Source of the DNA: Alphaproteobacteria bacterium
GTDB lineage: Bacteria > Pseudomonadota > Alphaproteobacteria > SHVV01
Assembly: GCA_965261735.1 (NCBI GenBank)
Contig: OZ253470.1
Span: forward strand, 2,112,001 to 2,176,000
DNA: 64,000 bases
Direction: 5' to 3'
The notes beneath the pieces were generated by a model. That model did no database searches and was not told where the DNA came from. It worked only from the letters and a program-made list of their open reading frames with translations. This document shows positions 21,801 to 30,760 of the stretch, piece by piece. Each line of letters opens with the position of its first letter. The first letter of the stretch is position 1. The position numbers were made by a program, and so were the translations under genes.

Positions 21801-21891
21801 CTCCAGCCTGTCGCGGCGCAGGACTTGGCCGACCAGGAAGATCGTTACAAGGGCGAGCACGATGACGCTTTCCATGGTTTCCTCCCATGTC

Positions 21892-22019
21892 TGAATGATG
21901 TTCACTCATACCAGAGAATTATACATCGTTTAAAACTATTTTTGAACAATGTCCATTTCCTTGGAAAAGGCGGATTCTCGCCCTGTTTATCCGTCGGTAA
22001 ACAGTGTTCAAATAGTTTT
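21892..22019. promoter_or_regulatory. Four 13-bp palindromic operator-like sites (consensus TGAACNNTGTTCA) in AT-rich divergent promoter region
   Basis: TGAATGATGTTCA 21892, TATACATCGTTTA 21920, TGAACAATGTCCA 21943, TAAACAGTGTTCA 21998; directly upstream of the TetR gene. Confidence 0.7.
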
Positions 22020-22055
22020 CGAACGAGCGTCAGTTATGTGCGAGGATAGCCGCCA

Positions 22056-22718
22056 ATGGCGCGACGCACGGACCACACCCGCGAGGAACTCTACGAAGCC
22101 GCCCTCGCGGCTGCCTGGGAAATAGCTGAATCAGAAGGGCTTAGGGGCTTGACCGCGCGGCGAATAGCAGGCCGGATCGGCTACTCGCCCGGCACTCTCT
22201 ACAACATTTTCGAAGATTTGGACGATCTGGTCGTCCATCTGCTCGTTCGGATTCTTGACGCCATGTACAAGGCATGCGCCGCCGCACCCCCTGACCCGCG
22301 GCCGGCAAAGGCCCTCAATGCACTTGCTCAAGCCTACATAAGCTTCAACCGCGACCATCCGAAGCTGTGGGGCCTCCTGTTCGAGCATCACCTGCCCGAC
22401 GGCCGCGAGCTCTCCGACTGGTACAGAGCCAAGGTGCTGCGCCTGCTCGGCCTCGTCGAGACCGCACTGGCACCCCTGTTCGCAGCCGGGTGCGAGGAGG
22501 CACGGCTCCATTCGGCCCGAGTGCTCTGGGGCTCCTTACATGGAATGTCTTCACTCGCCGCCGCCGAGAAGTTGGCGCGCCCACGCCCGGTTGCTGACTC
22601 GTCTGGCGAGACCTCCGAGATGAAGTCGCGCACCGAGATGCTCTCGGCCCTCGTCGAATCGCTGGTCGAGAATTACGTGGCCGGTCTCGAGCAGACGGTT
22701 TCAAGGACCACCGGTTGA
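22056..22718 (+). CDS. TetR/AcrR family regulator (WHG-type C-terminal domain)
   Basis: LTARRIAGRIGYSPGTLYNIF HTH; LWGSLHG motif. Confidence 0.92.
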   Translation: MARRTDHTREELYEAALAAAWEIAESEGLRGLTARRIAGRIGYSPGTLYNIFEDLDDLVVHLLVRILDAMYKACAAAPPDPRPAKALNALAQAYISFNRDHPKLWGLLFEHHLPDGRELSDWYRAKVLRLLGLVETALAPLFAAGCEEARLHSARVLWGSLHGMSSLAAAEKLARPRPVADSSGETSEMKSRTEMLSALVESLVENYVAGLEQTVSRTTG

Positions 22719-22790
22719 CCCCGCCGCTGGGGCCTATCGAGCGCTGCCCGCAAGCATTCCTGGAAGATGCCGGGCTGTGGCGAGGCCATT

Positions 22791-23183
22791 CTAGCCCCCC
22801 CCGAGGTCGGCCACGGCCTCGAGCTCCATCAGCCACGCCGGGTTGGGCATCGAGCTCACGATCATCCCGGTGGCCGCCTGATCGTCGGTGCCGAAATACT
22901 TGGCCCGCACGTCGCGGTAGACGGGGAGCTGGGCCGGGTCGGTGAAATAGACGTTGAGCTTGACGATGTCCTCGAAGCCGCCGCCCGCCTCGGCGAGGAT
23001 CGCCTTCATGTTCTCGAAGATCTGCGTGAGCTGAGCCTCGGGATTTTCGGGCTCGACATCCTCGTCCGCCGGGTTCTTGGCGACCTGACCGGAAATGAAC
23101 AGCAGCCCGGCGCTCGTCAGCACGCCGTGAACGTATCCTTGCGTGGGGTGAAGGGTGGGGGGTCGAATGATTCGTTTGCTCAC
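22791..23183 (-). CDS. Rid (YjgF/YER057c/UK114) family protein
   Basis: LFISGQVA, AQLTQIFENMKAILAEAGG, IVKLNVY, LMELEAVA; GGAGG RBS before GTG. Confidence 0.9.
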   Translation of the reverse strand: MSKRIIRPPTLHPTQGYVHGVLTSAGLLFISGQVAKNPADEDVEPENPEAQLTQIFENMKAILAEAGGGFEDIVKLNVYFTDPAQLPVYRDVRAKYFGTDDQAATGMIVSSMPNPAWLMELEAVADLGGG

Positions 23184-23351
23184 CTGATCCTCCCTGGTGC
23201 CGCCGCCTTCCGCGGCTAAGCTCCCTTTTTACTTCGTGCCCGCGCCGCCGTCGAACGGTGACGGCGCCTCACCGGGCGTCGCCGGCGGGGCCCGCGTCTT
23301 GTCGCCCGATCCGCCTTGATCATATACTTGTCCGGACCTGGACCCCACGAC

Positions 23352-24236
23352 ATGAACCGCAAACCGCCCCGTCCCATATCGCGCGAGGAGATCGAGCGCT
23401 TCGAGCGTGACGGCGTCGTGTGCGTGCGGGGCCTGCTCGACGATGACTGGGTGGCGCGGATGCGGCGCGCGACCGATGACCTGCTCGACCACCCGGGCCC
23501 GCGTGGCGGGGACCTCAACGACGACGACGATGGGCGCTTCGCCTACGACAACTACCTGTGGACCTTCAATGCGGACTTCCGCGCCGTCGCGTTCGAATCG
23601 CCGCTGGCCGAGGTCGCCGCCACGCTCATGCGCTCGAGGAGGGTGAACGTCATTTTCGACTTCATCCTCGTCAAGGAGCCGCATACGTCCAAGGTCACGC
23701 GCTGGCACCAGGACATGCCCGCCAACGCCTGCCAGGGATCGCAGACCTGCGGCGTCTGGGTCTCGCTCGATCGCGCCACGGTCGACAGCGGTGCGCTCGA
23801 GTCTGTTCAGGGCTCGCAGCGGTGGCCGGCCTACTCGATCGCGAGCTCGAGCGATCCGGCCCGGCACAAGTACCTCGAGGGTTTCGGCAAGGACGCGCCG
23901 GCCGACGCCGCCGGGGCCGCCGAGGCGGCGGAGCCCCTGCCCGACATCGAGAACAACCGCGACGCTTACGACATCGTGTGCTTCGACACCGAGCCCGGAG
24001 ACTGCCTGTTCTCGAGCCTCATGACGACCCACGGCGCGCGCGGCAACGCGACCGACCGGCGCCGGCGTGCCTTCGGCTACAAGCTGATCGGCGACGACGG
24101 GACCTATGCGGTGCGGCGCAGCCCGGTGGCGATCAAGCCGCTACGCGATCCCCACCTCGCGCACGGCGACCCCTTCCCGCAAGACCCCGATCACCCGGTC
24201 TTCCCGATGCTGTGGCCGCGCCCGCAGGCGCGCTGA
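23352..24236 (+). CDS. Phytanoyl-CoA dioxygenase (PhyH)-like Fe(II)/2-oxoglutarate oxygenase
   Basis: FERDGVVCVRGLL, WHQD (HxD), EPGDCL, distal His in TTHGA. Confidence 0.85.
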   Translation: MNRKPPRPISREEIERFERDGVVCVRGLLDDDWVARMRRATDDLLDHPGPRGGDLNDDDDGRFAYDNYLWTFNADFRAVAFESPLAEVAATLMRSRRVNVIFDFILVKEPHTSKVTRWHQDMPANACQGSQTCGVWVSLDRATVDSGALESVQGSQRWPAYSIASSSDPARHKYLEGFGKDAPADAAGAAEAAEPLPDIENNRDAYDIVCFDTEPGDCLFSSLMTTHGARGNATDRRRRAFGYKLIGDDGTYAVRRSPVAIKPLRDPHLAHGDPFPQDPDHPVFPMLWPRPQAR

Positions 24237-24251
24237 GACAGGAGCGGCCGC

Positions 24252-25346
24252 CTACAAGCCGTAGAGCGCGGCGGCGTTGCCGCCGACGACGCCGGCGAGG
24301 GCCTCGGGCGCGAGCTCCTTGAAGTGGCGGGCGAGCACCGCCGGCGTGTCCTTGGTGATCGAGCGCACGTGGGGATAGTCCGATCCCCACAGGATTTGGC
24401 TCGCGCCGATCGCCGGAATCGCGAGCGCCGCCGCCTGGTCGTCGATCACGCCGTGCCATATGCGGCGGCGCAGGTAGTTGGAGGCGCGCTCCTTGATCGG
24501 GCGCAGCTTGAGCCGGTGCGCCATCGACGCCTGCATCTGGTCGAGCCGGTACATTAGATACGGGATCCACGAAATCTCGAACTCGCTGCACACGAGCTTG
24601 AGGTCGGGAAACCGGTCGAGCAGGCCACCGAAGACGAAATCGTTGGCGAGCACGACCATGATCTCGTTGTAGCCGCTCAGCAGCACGCCGGGCCCCTCCT
24701 CGCGCTCCTTGTCGGTGCCGAAATGGAAGGGATCGTCGAAGCTGCCCGAGCCCGAGTGCAGGGTGATCGGCACCCCGGCCTCGCTCGCGCGCCCCCAGAA
24801 CGGATCGTATACGGGGTCGCGGTAGGGCGGACAGTCGCGCGGCGCCCCGAGATTGATCAGCGCACCCTTGAAGCCGCGAGCCAGGTTGCGGTCGAGCTCG
24901 GCCACGGCCCACTCGATGTCGTGCATCGGGATGACGGCGATGGCGACGAGGCGGGCCGCGTCGTAGGCGCAGAACTCGGCGAGCCAGTCGTTGTAGACGG
25001 CCGCGGCTGCACGCAGGACTTCCGCGTCGCGGCCGCGCAGCTGGCCGAGCATGGCCGAGGTGTACATCAGCTCGCAGGCGACGCCGGCCTCATGCTGAAA
25101 CGCGATGCGCTTCTCGGGCACGTAGCCGTCCTCGCTCGAGCCCCGGGTCTCGGCGTCCTTTTCGATATCGCCGAGGTTGCGCACCTGCCCCCCGGTATAG
25201 AAGAAGCGCCCCTTCTGGCCCTGCCACTCGCCCATCACTCGCGGCGTGCGGTCCCCGAACTTGTCACCGAGAGCGTTCCACCACAGATCCGGCGGCTCGA
25301 CGACATGGGAGTCGCCGGAAACGATATAGGTTGGGATCTCGCTCAT
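24252..25346 (-). CDS. Amidohydrolase-2 family protein (decarboxylase/hydratase-like)
   Basis: VSGDSHVVEP, YNDWLAEFC, PITLH, LDRFPDLKLVCSE, WGSDYPH. Confidence 0.88.
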   Translation of the reverse strand: MSEIPTYIVSGDSHVVEPPDLWWNALGDKFGDRTPRVMGEWQGQKGRFFYTGGQVRNLGDIEKDAETRGSSEDGYVPEKRIAFQHEAGVACELMYTSAMLGQLRGRDAEVLRAAAAVYNDWLAEFCAYDAARLVAIAVIPMHDIEWAVAELDRNLARGFKGALINLGAPRDCPPYRDPVYDPFWGRASEAGVPITLHSGSGSFDDPFHFGTDKEREEGPGVLLSGYNEIMVVLANDFVFGGLLDRFPDLKLVCSEFEISWIPYLMYRLDQMQASMAHRLKLRPIKERASNYLRRRIWHGVIDDQAAALAIPAIGASQILWGSDYPHVRSITKDTPAVLARHFKELAPEALAGVVGGNAAALYGL

Positions 25347-25454
25347 GGGTGCTACTCCGGTGGCGGTCGCGGCCCGCCACCATAGCGCGGGCGGCCGCGA
25401 AAACCATGCTAAACTTACTGGTACTCGTCAGCGTCGGGAGCACGGAGACTAGCC

Positions 25455-26879
25455 ATGGCCGAGAGAGCCAGCGCCGCGGTCGCGAGCGAGGCCGCCCACG
25501 CCGAGCCGATCGCACGCAGACTCGCCGATTTCGCCCACACCCTGCGCTACGAGGACATTCCCGAGGCGGTGCGCGAGCGAGCGCGCTACCTCATTCTCGA
25601 TGCGGTCGGCAACGCCTACGCCTCCACCCACTACGAGTTCTCGAAGGACATACTGGCCGGCTTGACCGAGCTTGCCGGTGCCGGCGAGCACCCGGTGATC
25701 GGCCTCGCGGCGCGCCTTCCCTTGCGCGACTCGGTGGTCATGAACGGCGCGCTCATCCACGGCCTCGACTACGACGACACCCATCTCGAGGCGATCGTCC
25801 ACCCGACGGCGAGCGCGTTCAGCGCCGCGCTCGGTATGGCGGCCCATCTCGATCTTTCGGGCCGCGACCTGCTCACGGCCTATGTGGTCGGCATGGAGAC
25901 GGTGATCCGCATCTCGCTCGCCGCCCGCGGCGGGTTGCACCGATACGGCTTCCACCCGACCGGCATTGCCGGCCATTTCTCGACCGCGCTGGCGGCCGGC
26001 CGGCTCCTCGGGCTTTCGCGGCCACAGCTCGCGATGGCCCAGGGCCTCGCCGGCAGCACCGCCGCGGCAAGCCAGGAGTTCCTCGAGGAGGGCGGCTGGA
26101 ACAAGCGCTTCCATCCCGGCTGGGCGGCCGCCTCGGGCATCACGGTCGCCTACCTCGCGAAGAACGGGTTCATCGGGCCTACCTATCCCTACGAGGGCCG
26201 CTTCGGCCTCTACCGAAGCCACATGCACGATGATGCCGACACCATCGACTACGAGGACGCCACCAGCGGGCTGGGGCAGGTTTGGGAGACCACGCGCACC
26301 GCGGTTAAGCCCTTCCCGACCTGCCACTTCACCCACTCGATCGCGGATTCAGCCCTGGCGATCCGCGAGGCGCATGGGGTTGCGGCCGCCGACATCGTGC
26401 ACATCCGCGCCCAGATGCCGGAGGTCGCGGTGCCGCTGATCGCCGAGCCGGTCGCGCGCAAGCGCCGGCCGGTCAGCGATTACGACGCCAAGTTCTCGAC
26501 TCCCTTCATGGTCGCGGCCTGCTTCGTGCGCGGCAAGTTCGGCCTCGCCGAGCTCGAGCCGGAGGCCCTACAGGACCCGGAGATATTGGCGCTCGCGGAC
26601 AAGGTGGACTACGAGCTCGACCCCAAGACCGGCTTCCCGCAGTACTACTCGGGCGGGCTCATCATCACCACCCGGGACGGCGCCGAGTACGTCCACCACG
26701 AGCGCGTCAACCGCGGCGCCGGTGAGCGCGCGCTCACCGGTGACGAGATCGCGGCCAAGTATCTCGACAACGCGACGCTGGTCATGGGCCAGGGCGAGGC
26801 GCAAGCCGTACGCGACCGGGTGCTCGCGCTCGATTCGGTCGGCGCGAGGGACTTCGCCGAGTCGCTCGCGCGCAGCTAG
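25455..26879 (+). CDS. MmgE/PrpD family protein
   Basis: NGALIHGLDYDDTH, GFHPTG, KRFHPGWAA, EGRFG, KPFPTCHFTH, AKFS. Confidence 0.92.
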   Translation: MAERASAAVASEAAHAEPIARRLADFAHTLRYEDIPEAVRERARYLILDAVGNAYASTHYEFSKDILAGLTELAGAGEHPVIGLAARLPLRDSVVMNGALIHGLDYDDTHLEAIVHPTASAFSAALGMAAHLDLSGRDLLTAYVVGMETVIRISLAARGGLHRYGFHPTGIAGHFSTALAAGRLLGLSRPQLAMAQGLAGSTAAASQEFLEEGGWNKRFHPGWAAASGITVAYLAKNGFIGPTYPYEGRFGLYRSHMHDDADTIDYEDATSGLGQVWETTRTAVKPFPTCHFTHSIADSALAIREAHGVAAADIVHIRAQMPEVAVPLIAEPVARKRRPVSDYDAKFSTPFMVAACFVRGKFGLAELEPEALQDPEILALADKVDYELDPKTGFPQYYSGGLIITTRDGAEYVHHERVNRGAGERALTGDEIAAKYLDNATLVMGQGEAQAVRDRVLALDSVGARDFAESLARS

Positions 26880-28030
26880 TGGATTGATCGGAACGAAAGA
26901 GTCCGATTTGAGATTCCGTATTGTGCGGTGTCATGCGAGTCTGTGCTATGCGCACCGGCATCCATTTTACTGTCACGTCTGGCGACCGTCAGCGATTGCA
27001 AGCTATCGTCACGGACCCGAAGAGCTCGCAGAAACATGTCTGGCGGGCGCGGATCATCCTGAAGAGCGACGAGGGGCTCGGGAACTCGTCGATCATGGCC
27101 GAGACCGGCAAGTCCAAGACCTGTGTCTGGCGCTGGCAGGAGCGGTTCATGCACGAGGGTGTCAACGGCTTGCTTCGCGACAGGTCCCGTCCGCCTAGCA
27201 AAGCGCCGATCCCGCCGGAGCGCGTCGCCGAGATCGTCCGCCTGACCCAGCAAGCGCCGCCGCACGAGGCGACCCACTGGACGCTGCGCGCGATGGCGAA
27301 GGTTGCTGGCGTCGCGGCGTCGACGGTCCAAGCGATCTGGAAGGCCCATGGCCTCAGCCCGCACCGCTGGCGGCACTTCAAGCTCTCCAATGATCCCGCC
27401 TTCGCCGAGAAGCTCACAGATATCGTCGGCTTGTATGTCGATCCGCCGGCCCATGCCGTGGTGCTGTCGGTTGATGAGAAATCACAGATCCAGGCGCTCG
27501 ACCGCACCCAACCCGGCTTGCCGATGAAGAAGGGCCGCGCCGGTACGATGACCTATGATTACAAACGGCATGGCACGACGACGCTGTTCGCCGCGCTCAA
27601 CGTGCTGGACGGTACGGTCATCGCACAGAACATGCAGCGCCACCGCCATCAGGAGTTCATCCGCTTCCTCAACCGCATCGAGCGCGAGGTGCCGACGGAC
27701 AAGGCCGTCCACGTCATCCTCGACAACTACGCCGCGCACAAGAAGGACAAGGTCCGCGCCTGGCTCGCCCGCCATCCACGCTGGACCTTCCACTTCACGC
27801 CAACCTCGTGCTCGTGGCTCAATGCCGTCGAGGGCTTCTTCGCCAAACTAACGCGGCGCAGGCTCAAATACGGCGTCTTCCAATCCGTCGTCGACCTTCA
27901 GGCCGCCATCAACCGATTTGTCCGCGAATACAATGACGCAAACCCAAAACCCTTCATCTGGAAAGCCGACCCCGATCATATCATCGCCGCACGAAACAGA
28001 GGGTTCCAAACGTTGGAATCAATCCACTAG
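26876..28030 (+). mobile_element. IS630-family insertion sequence
   Basis: Inverted ends CTAGTGGATTGAT...ATCAATCCACTAG, with CTAG at both junctions. Confidence 0.93.
26948..28030 (+). CDS. IS630 transposase
   Basis: HWTLRAMA, VDEKSQIQAL, YKRHGTTTLFAAL, ILDNYAAHK, SWLNAVEGFF. Confidence 0.95.
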   Translation: MRTGIHFTVTSGDRQRLQAIVTDPKSSQKHVWRARIILKSDEGLGNSSIMAETGKSKTCVWRWQERFMHEGVNGLLRDRSRPPSKAPIPPERVAEIVRLTQQAPPHEATHWTLRAMAKVAGVAASTVQAIWKAHGLSPHRWRHFKLSNDPAFAEKLTDIVGLYVDPPAHAVVLSVDEKSQIQALDRTQPGLPMKKGRAGTMTYDYKRHGTTTLFAALNVLDGTVIAQNMQRHRHQEFIRFLNRIEREVPTDKAVHVILDNYAAHKKDKVRAWLARHPRWTFHFTPTSCSWLNAVEGFFAKLTRRRLKYGVFQSVVDLQAAINRFVREYNDANPKPFIWKADPDHIIAARNRGFQTLESIH

Positions 28031-28075
28031 GCCACCCCAGGCCACCGAGCCCATGCATCGGCGCGCCGGCATCGC

Positions 28076-29026
28076 ATGAGCGTTCTCATTATCGGCGGCA
28101 CCGGCTTTATCGGCGCGAGCCTGGCGCGGCGGCTCGCGGGCGCGGGCGAGACCGTAGTATGCATGGACACCAGTCTGGACCCGTGGCACCTGCGCGAGAC
28201 GGCCACGCGGGTCAAGCTCGTGCGCGGCGATATCTCCCAGTTCGACGAGGTCGCCGCGGCCATTCTGGAGAACCGGGTCAACCAGGTGGTGTGCCTCGCC
28301 TACGTCCTCAGCGCGGCGAGCGAGACGGCCCTGCACCTCGGCGTCCGCGTCAACGTCCTCGGCATGGACAACGTCTTCGAGGCGGCCCGGCTGACGGGCG
28401 TCCGCAAGGTCCTGTACGCGAGTTCCGTGGCCTACCACGGGGCCAATCCTTCGCCCGAAGCCTCCACGATCACCGAGGAGACGCCGGCGCGCCCGCTCGG
28501 CGCCTATGGCTGGCAGAAGCAGTTCAACGAGGTGATGGCGGCCCGCTACGCGAAGGCCCACGGCATGACGATGGTCGCGGTCAGGCCGCCCGTGGTGTTC
28601 GGCCCGGGGCGGCGGCTCGGCCAGATCGCGCAGGCGCAGATGATCAACGAGGCCGCGCTCGGCCGCCCGGTTCGCGTGCCGGCGCGGCCGAAAGCGAGGG
28701 CCGCTCTCGTTTATGTGGACGACGTCGCCGAGCTGTTTTTCCTGCTCGCCACAGCGCCGAGCATACGCCACGCGGCCTATCTAACCGGTGGTGAGGTCGT
28801 GAGCTATGAGCGCCTCGCCGACATTGTCCGTGAACTGATTCCCTCGGCCGAGATCTCGTTCGACCCCGTCGCCACGTCGACCGGCTACGGCCTCTCCTAC
28901 GACTACGACCACACGAGGGCCCGCGAGGAGTTCGGCTATCGCCTCCCGCCGCTCGCCGAGCGCGTGCGCGACAGCATCAACGCCACCCGGACGATCGCCG
29001 GGCTACCCGATCTGGCGCCAAGCTGA
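28076..29026 (+). CDS. NAD-dependent epimerase/dehydratase (extended SDR)
   Basis: GGTGFIG, YASS, YGWQK (YxxxK), YVDDVA. Confidence 0.9.
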   Translation: MSVLIIGGTGFIGASLARRLAGAGETVVCMDTSLDPWHLRETATRVKLVRGDISQFDEVAAAILENRVNQVVCLAYVLSAASETALHLGVRVNVLGMDNVFEAARLTGVRKVLYASSVAYHGANPSPEASTITEETPARPLGAYGWQKQFNEVMAARYAKAHGMTMVAVRPPVVFGPGRRLGQIAQAQMINEAALGRPVRVPARPKARAALVYVDDVAELFFLLATAPSIRHAAYLTGGEVVSYERLADIVRELIPSAEISFDPVATSTGYGLSYDYDHTRAREEFGYRLPPLAERVRDSINATRTIAGLPDLAPS

Positions 29027-29039
29027 CTGGCGGACCGGA

Positions 29040-29408
29040 ATGGGTCGCGGGCGTTTCGATATTTCTCTCAAGCGCGCCTATGACGCGCCTTCCAGCACCG
29101 ACGGGGTGCGCATTCTCGTCGAGCGCTTGTGGCCGCGCGGCGTGACGAAGGAGAAGGCACGCATCGACCATTGGCTCAAGGACATCGCACCGAGCCCGGC
29201 CCTGCGGCGCTGGTATAGCCACGAGCCCGAGCGCTGGCCCGAGTTCACCACGCGCTATCGCGCCGAGCTCGCGGCCAACGCCGCCGGCGTAGCGGAACTC
29301 GAGGCCTTGTGCGCCGCCGTCCCGATCAGCTTCGTCTTCGCCGCTCGCGATACGGAGCGCAACAGCGCCGTCGTCCTCAAGGACTATCTGGCCGGGCGCG
29401 CCCGCTAG
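29040..29408 (+). CDS. DUF488/YeaO family protein
   Basis: LKRAYD, DGVRILVERLWPRGVTKE, KDIAPSPALRRWY. Confidence 0.9.
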   Translation: MGRGRFDISLKRAYDAPSSTDGVRILVERLWPRGVTKEKARIDHWLKDIAPSPALRRWYSHEPERWPEFTTRYRAELAANAAGVAELEALCAAVPISFVFAARDTERNSAVVLKDYLAGRAR

Positions 29409-29426
29409 TACTTGGTTGCTTGGTTG

Positions 29427-30531
29427 CTTGCCTATCCGGTTGACACCCACACCCACTAGGGCTAGAATGGGCGCAACCCGGATATAGGGGAGCGCGCCAT
29501 GGATGTTCTCGACCGCGCCGATCTCCCATTCCCGCATTCGCTACCCGAGTTCCAGCGACTTTTCCCCGATGATGCGGCCTGCGCCGCCTACCTGGAGAAA
29601 GCCCGCTGGGGAGACGGCTTTGCCTGCCCGCACTGCGGCACGGCGGGAGAGCCGTTCCACTTTGAAAACCGCCCTGGCGTCCTGCGCTGCCGCAAGTGCC
29701 GCCAGAACACCGGGCTGACGGTGGGAACAGTGATGGAGCGTAGCCACACTCCGCTGAACGTCTGGTTCTGGGCCGCTTATCTGGTCGCCAGTCAGACGCC
29801 CGGCATGTCCGCCGTGCAGTTTCAGCGGCAACTTGGTCTTTCGCGCTACGAGACGGCCTTTCAAATTCTCCACAAGCTCCGCTCGGGCATGGTGCGGCCC
29901 AACCAAGACAGGATCGGTGGACAGCCCAAGAACCATGTTGAGGTGGACGAAACCTGGGTTGGCGGGCGAACGCGTGGGGAAGGCCGTGGTGTTCACCACA
30001 AGGTTCCCGTCTCCTGTGCCATCGAGGTGCGTCATCGAAAGCCGGGCACCAAGCTCGACAACCGGAAAGACGGACGCTATGCCGGACGCGTTCGGCTCGC
30101 CGTCGTGCTCGACCGTAGCGCCGAGTCGCTCTGTGGGTTCGTCGAGAGCACCGTCGCGCCGCGATCGCTGATCGTTACTGACGATTGGAGCGGCTATGCT
30201 GGCCTCGGTAAGCGCGGCTATGAGCACTTCGCTGTTGCCGAGTGTGGTGATCCAGAGGTTGCCGAGCAATACCTGCCGATCATCCATCTGGTTTTCGCCA
30301 ACCTGAAGACGTGGCTGATCGGTATCCACCACGGCGTTAGCCACCAGCACCTACAAGCCTACCTCAACGAGTTCACCTTCCGCTTCAACAGGCGGTTCTA
30401 CCCGTTCAACGCCTTCCGCTCATTGCTCGGCATCGCGGGCGACACCTCTGCTCCAACCTATGCCGAGCTTTACTCGGGAGAGTGGCGGCACCCTACATGT
30501 AGCGGTCATGGGCGTTAACCGGATAGGCAAG
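29427..30531 (+). mobile_element. IS1595-family element, copy 1 (intact, 8-bp target duplication CTTGGTTG)
   Basis: TIRs CTTGCCTATCCGGTT...AACCGGATAGGCAAG; CTTGGTTG at 29419-26 and 30532-39. Confidence 0.93.
29499..30518 (+). CDS. IS1595 transposase
   Basis: CPHCG Zn ribbon, VEVDETWVGG, IVTDDW, HLQAYLNEFTFRFNRR. Confidence 0.93.
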   Translation: MDVLDRADLPFPHSLPEFQRLFPDDAACAAYLEKARWGDGFACPHCGTAGEPFHFENRPGVLRCRKCRQNTGLTVGTVMERSHTPLNVWFWAAYLVASQTPGMSAVQFQRQLGLSRYETAFQILHKLRSGMVRPNQDRIGGQPKNHVEVDETWVGGRTRGEGRGVHHKVPVSCAIEVRHRKPGTKLDNRKDGRYAGRVRLAVVLDRSAESLCGFVESTVAPRSLIVTDDWSGYAGLGKRGYEHFAVAECGDPEVAEQYLPIIHLVFANLKTWLIGIHHGVSHQHLQAYLNEFTFRFNRRFYPFNAFRSLLGIAGDTSAPTYAELYSGEWRHPTCSGHGR

Positions 30532-30542
30532 CTTGGTTGGAA

Positions 30543-30680
30543 AGGAAAGTAACTCATTACTTCGTCCCCCTCCCCCTGCCCCCTCCCACCAGGGGAGGGG
30601 GATTTGTGGTGCGATGCCGATTTCGTCAGCCCTCCCCTTGATGGGGGAGGGTTGGGAGGGGGTGACCGAAAACTTACTCA
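30543..30680 (-). repeat. Intergenic palindromic repeat, copy 2 (inverted relative to 6102-6241)
   Basis: Reverse complement reads GTCACCCCCTCCCAACCCTCCCCCATCAAGGGGAGGGC...CCCCCTCCCCTGGTGGGAGGGG...GGGGGAGGGGGACGAA, closely matching copy 1. Confidence 0.8.
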
Positions 30681-30760
30681 GGCAAATATTGGCCAGTCGG
30701 GCAAGGCCACGGGACGAGGCGACGGACGAGCGCCGCCCCGTTCCCGCTTCCGCTATGCGG

